Below, piece after piece: positions 59,991 through 64,000 of a stretch of 64,000 bases of DNA; within the stretch, counting starts at the first letter, position 1; the number at the start of each line of letters is the position of its first letter. The stretch covers positions 7,340,963-7,404,962 of the forward strand of contig OZ316893.1 in the NCBI GenBank assembly GCA_973895155.1, read 5' to 3'. Under the pieces are notes generated by a model. The model was not told where the DNA came from, ran no database searches, and saw only the letters and a list, made by a program, of their open reading frames with translations. Source of the stretch: Marsupella aquatica. Its lineage: Eukaryota > Plantae > Marchantiophyta. The translations under genes and the position numbers were made by a program.

Positions 59991-62900
59991 ATAATATGAT
60001 ATGGACCTTATAATTATAGTACCTGATTGATAATAAACTTAAGTGAATAATTTTAGGTACAAAGAGCTAACTTCTCCATTTTGGGAATCCAACAAAGGGC
60101 AAATTTCACTTTCTTAATCTGTAATGCCCTAAGATAACCATAACAATATGAAAGAAGATTACAAAAGACTCATCTACCTACCAAGAGCATTGCTTTCCAC
60201 AAATAAATTGCAAATTACAATTACTTATAGTTTTGTTAAGATTGCATAAATCTATTGTGTTGATTCAAATAAAAGGTAAGTGTTGTGGCAAATAATTAAT
60301 ATACTAATATTTGCACATCCATATATGATAATGCTACAAATTTTTAGCTAATCTGATAATTTATTTGAAAATAAACACTATTATGATAAATATTACATAT
60401 GTGAAAATTAGATTTTAAAGTATAGATGGATTTCATGCTTGATTTAGCTTTATGAATGAACAACTTTAGCAATCACATTTATTCAACAAGGAATAAAGAG
60501 AGAAACAAACCTCTATTTCAAGCTTAGATGATAGCTTGGGGTTGTTTCTTAGTGATGCCAAAATTTGTCTACAAACTCACACAAAATTGCTCATGTCAAT
60601 TGAATGGACAAAATATCAAGTCACTTCACAAATAAACACAAATTCTAGTCATAAAAACATGCACTGATATAAACATTTACCTTGATGATAGTCACCATGA
60701 GAAATCTTAAAAAAATATCTTGTATGCCACTTGAGTGTAGCTCCCCCTAGGCCTTATTCAAACATATTCCTTGAATACACACCACAAAAGTCATAAGCAT
60801 ATTAATGTCAAAACTCACTTGCACATTCAAGACTAATAAACTATTCTCAAAACATTAAATTATTCTATTATTATAAAATCTCTACAAAAATAAGGCTATG
60901 ACTTTCTATTGATTAGTAAAACATACATTTAAAAAACAAAAATGAAATTAATATGTTTCTTCTCTTATGAAGGTGCCTGTATATAAAGTTACTCTCTTCC
61001 CAACATGATTATTATGATTCTATACTTATGGGTTTTTTTTTGGTTGCCATTTGCCATTAAAATTGATGAGAATTTTGTTTTTGTCATTATTAGACAAATC
61101 ATGATGAATAAATTACACTTTCCAAACAAAAAGTATACTTGTCTCCCAAAAAAAATTAAAAAACCAATGCTATAAATAGTTTTTGAGTTTATGAATTTTT
61201 TTGTCAGTGATGCTAACTTTTATTATGCAAACTTCAAATACTTTAAAAAACATCTCATAATTTTATAGACAAGTCCAATGCATAATTATCCATTGCACAA
61301 AAACATTGCAAGACAATGAAGTGCAGGTGATTGCCTAGCTCCTTGCCTCCAAGATAGTTCATTGCTCACCCTTGTGATGAATAATTTGTCACTTGAACAA
61401 GCCAGGTGATTGCTATAGTGAGGAGTTGCAATGTGAATTACATAGAGAGGTGGAGACAAACAAAGGATGACAATATTATGTAGCACTCTAAAAGCTCCTT
61501 CCAAATTCTTGGCACTGTATTTGGGCATATCATAGAGTTTTGGCACACTTGATAACCAGGAAAGACCAGGAAAGAGAGTTAGTCGGGGAGTTAGTAAAAA
61601 ACCAAATACAATATTACCACTATGTTAAAAAAATTGAGTTGGACACACATACTAGTTCCTTCTAGACTCTGATACTCACAAAAATCCAAAAAGTTTCTCA
61701 TGCCCCAAAAGATTCTCCTTCCAACCTGTGCACTTTCGTACTTGAAGAAAAAGACACATTTGAGGTGATGTGAGATAATTGTCAACCTCATATACCATGT
61801 AGATAAGTATCATCGATCTCATATAGTCCTCGATATACTCTGTATTTTACTATTAACATAAGCTTCCCATTAATTTGACATACTTGGTCAACAATACAAG
61901 AGCACAAAAAAAACTTTAAAAGAAATCCGAAGGCTTAGGTTTGTTCCCTCCATTTCCTGAATTTGTAAGCAGACGAAAGGCATTGCATATTATAGAAATA
62001 GATGAAATGTTGGTAGCAAAGTGGTGTTAATATTAGGGAAAGAGTGCATGTAGAAAGGATTCATTTATCAAAAGAAAAAGCATTAGTAGAATGGGAGGGA
62101 GGCGAGGTGGAAGTTGAATGCAGGAATGAACTAAGAATACAGTGGACACAAAAAATTTGCAGTCCAAAACTATTGTGTTAAGAAAATAGAAGAGTTGGAT
62201 TCTCGTGCATTGCATATTGCACCAAGACAAGTAAAAAAAGAATACAATTGACACAAAGTAATAAGCTAAAAATAGTGCTACCAAATAGACTTTGTGTTAG
62301 TTGTTGAAGCAAGAAATCTGAAAAAATTGAGTTGTGAGTGGGAAGGAGAGGTAGAAGTGGTGCGGCGATGGAGGTTTCTGCTCTCGTCCCCATCCCCCAC
62401 CCAAAAATAGCTTTCTTTAACGCTATACCTTGCAAGATTGTGCACTGGGCAAAAACAAATCTGGAAAAAAACAGTATTAACGTGCAAAAAGAAAATTATC
62501 ACTTTGTCTCAACAAGATGAAATGAAGAGGAGAAAACTCCATTTTTGAAGAACTTGCAACACCATTCTTAGTGAGAGCACCCAATTTCTCATTTCTTATA
62601 ATTAAAAAAAAAACAGAAAGAAAAACACATGGGATCATCCCTGACTGTATGCTCCCCGCCCATTTTCAGGAATGCAAATAATTATTAAAAATTACACAAA
62701 GGCTCCTATATAACCTCCAAAGTTCATTCTTAAATAATATATTATCAAAAATAATTTTAATAATCACACGAGACAGAATTCATCCTATCAAGCATATAGC
62801 ATGGTTTAAGTCTAAAATTTACAGTAGTTCTTGTTGTTGATAATATCATAGCAAAACTCCTTAGTTATAGGAACGTTATTTGAACATATGACACAAAGGG

Positions 62901-64000
62901 CCTAGTTTGTAATAATGTTTTTTATAAAGGCCTATCACGTAAATTTATTTTGGCAGGTCCCATCAAGCATCTGCCTTCCAAATCTTATGGTCCATCCTTC
63001 TTAAAGTACATGCACCCCCCCCCCCCCCCTCCTCTATGTTGTGAGTTTCGAGATCTAAGATGGTCCTCAAAAAAATGATGTTTAAATGAGATGATTTTCC
63101 AAAAAGAAAATTGGAGATGAGACACACTTTCCAATGTGCTCCCTCCCATGCGGAGCCTTTCTATCCAGCTTACATAATTATGGAGTGCAGACTATTGCCT
63201 CTTGAACTAAAATTAAAAGTCATGATTGTAGTGAGGGTTCACTCATTTGCATTTGGTTTTGCCCACTTGGGACCTCTTTTGTTTATTCTTCTGTTTGGCT
63301 CTTTTCTGTAAAAAATTTGTGCCTTTTCAACTCATTGCACTTTCATTTGTTTATTAGTCACTCTTTATTGAAATTGTTGTGACCCATAGGTTAGGTCAAT
63401 ACCCATCCAACCCTAGTTAGGGGATTAAGGTACTAGTTAGTATAATTATCACTACATGTATATCTAGGGAGTTATTAGTAAACCCACATGAATGAATGAA
63501 TCTCTATTGTTGGTGGACTTAATATTTTTCTCTCCTAAGAATTATCTCCAACTCTCCATACGTTATCAGCACGAATTGACTCAGATTGAAACGAGGATTG
63601 ATATTGAATTAGGACTTGAAACATGGAATAGGAAGATGTTGGCTCAGGAAGTAAGTGGAAGCAATTTGGTTTTTTTTTCAAAAGCAATCCACAAATTGAC
63701 TAAGGGGTGATAAAGACCAAGCAGATGTGATCATCTGGAATTATAGGGATTGCAGGTGATTCATTTGGAGCTACAACAAATGCAAATCCCAAATGACTCC
63801 GTCACTAGAAGCGCGCTAAGCCTTACAGCAGTTTGAGAGCAAAAGAAGGAAGAACGATAAAGACTAGTCAGAGACGATTTCAATGGCAGGGAATCAAAAT
63901 CAAAAGCAGCCATTGAAATCTACAAAAACAAGAGAAGCAAAAGCATAGCAGTCAAGACACAACAATGTTTTTGGAGAAAGAAAAACAAGAGAAAATTAAC

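Noticed and set aside
60000-64000. Short ORFs in the AT-rich tail
   Set aside because: All are under 90 aa with no recognisable domains or consistent exon structure.

Overview
Eukaryotic, intron-containing DNA, almost entirely nested transposons. It is probably from a land plant (plant-type tRNA-Asn PBS, TTTAGGG motifs); the non-seed-plant impression is inference. A minus-strand RING-finger gene has been split by three insertions, each with a readable target-site duplication (TSD). (1) A 39-kb CACTA element (3002-42236) encodes TnpA-like and TnpD genes plus a SET domain, and contains three MITEs, a telomere-like 143-bp satellite and a rearranged cluster of young Ty3/gypsy copies with an extra 3' ORF and a candidate -1 frameshift pseudoknot. 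(2) A 1.77-kb TG..CA element (43148-44917). (3) The highlight: a 9.3-kb TIR DNA transposon (45365-54683, 24-bp TIRs, 4-bp TSD) with a Sola/DUF7869-like DDD transposase, a divergent intron-containing ParB/Srx-like + beta-class amino-DNA-methyltransferase gene, and five copies of a 16-bp palindrome. The last 9 kb is AT-rich, with tandem repeats and another MITE. All family assignments come from motifs recognised by eye; no searches were run.
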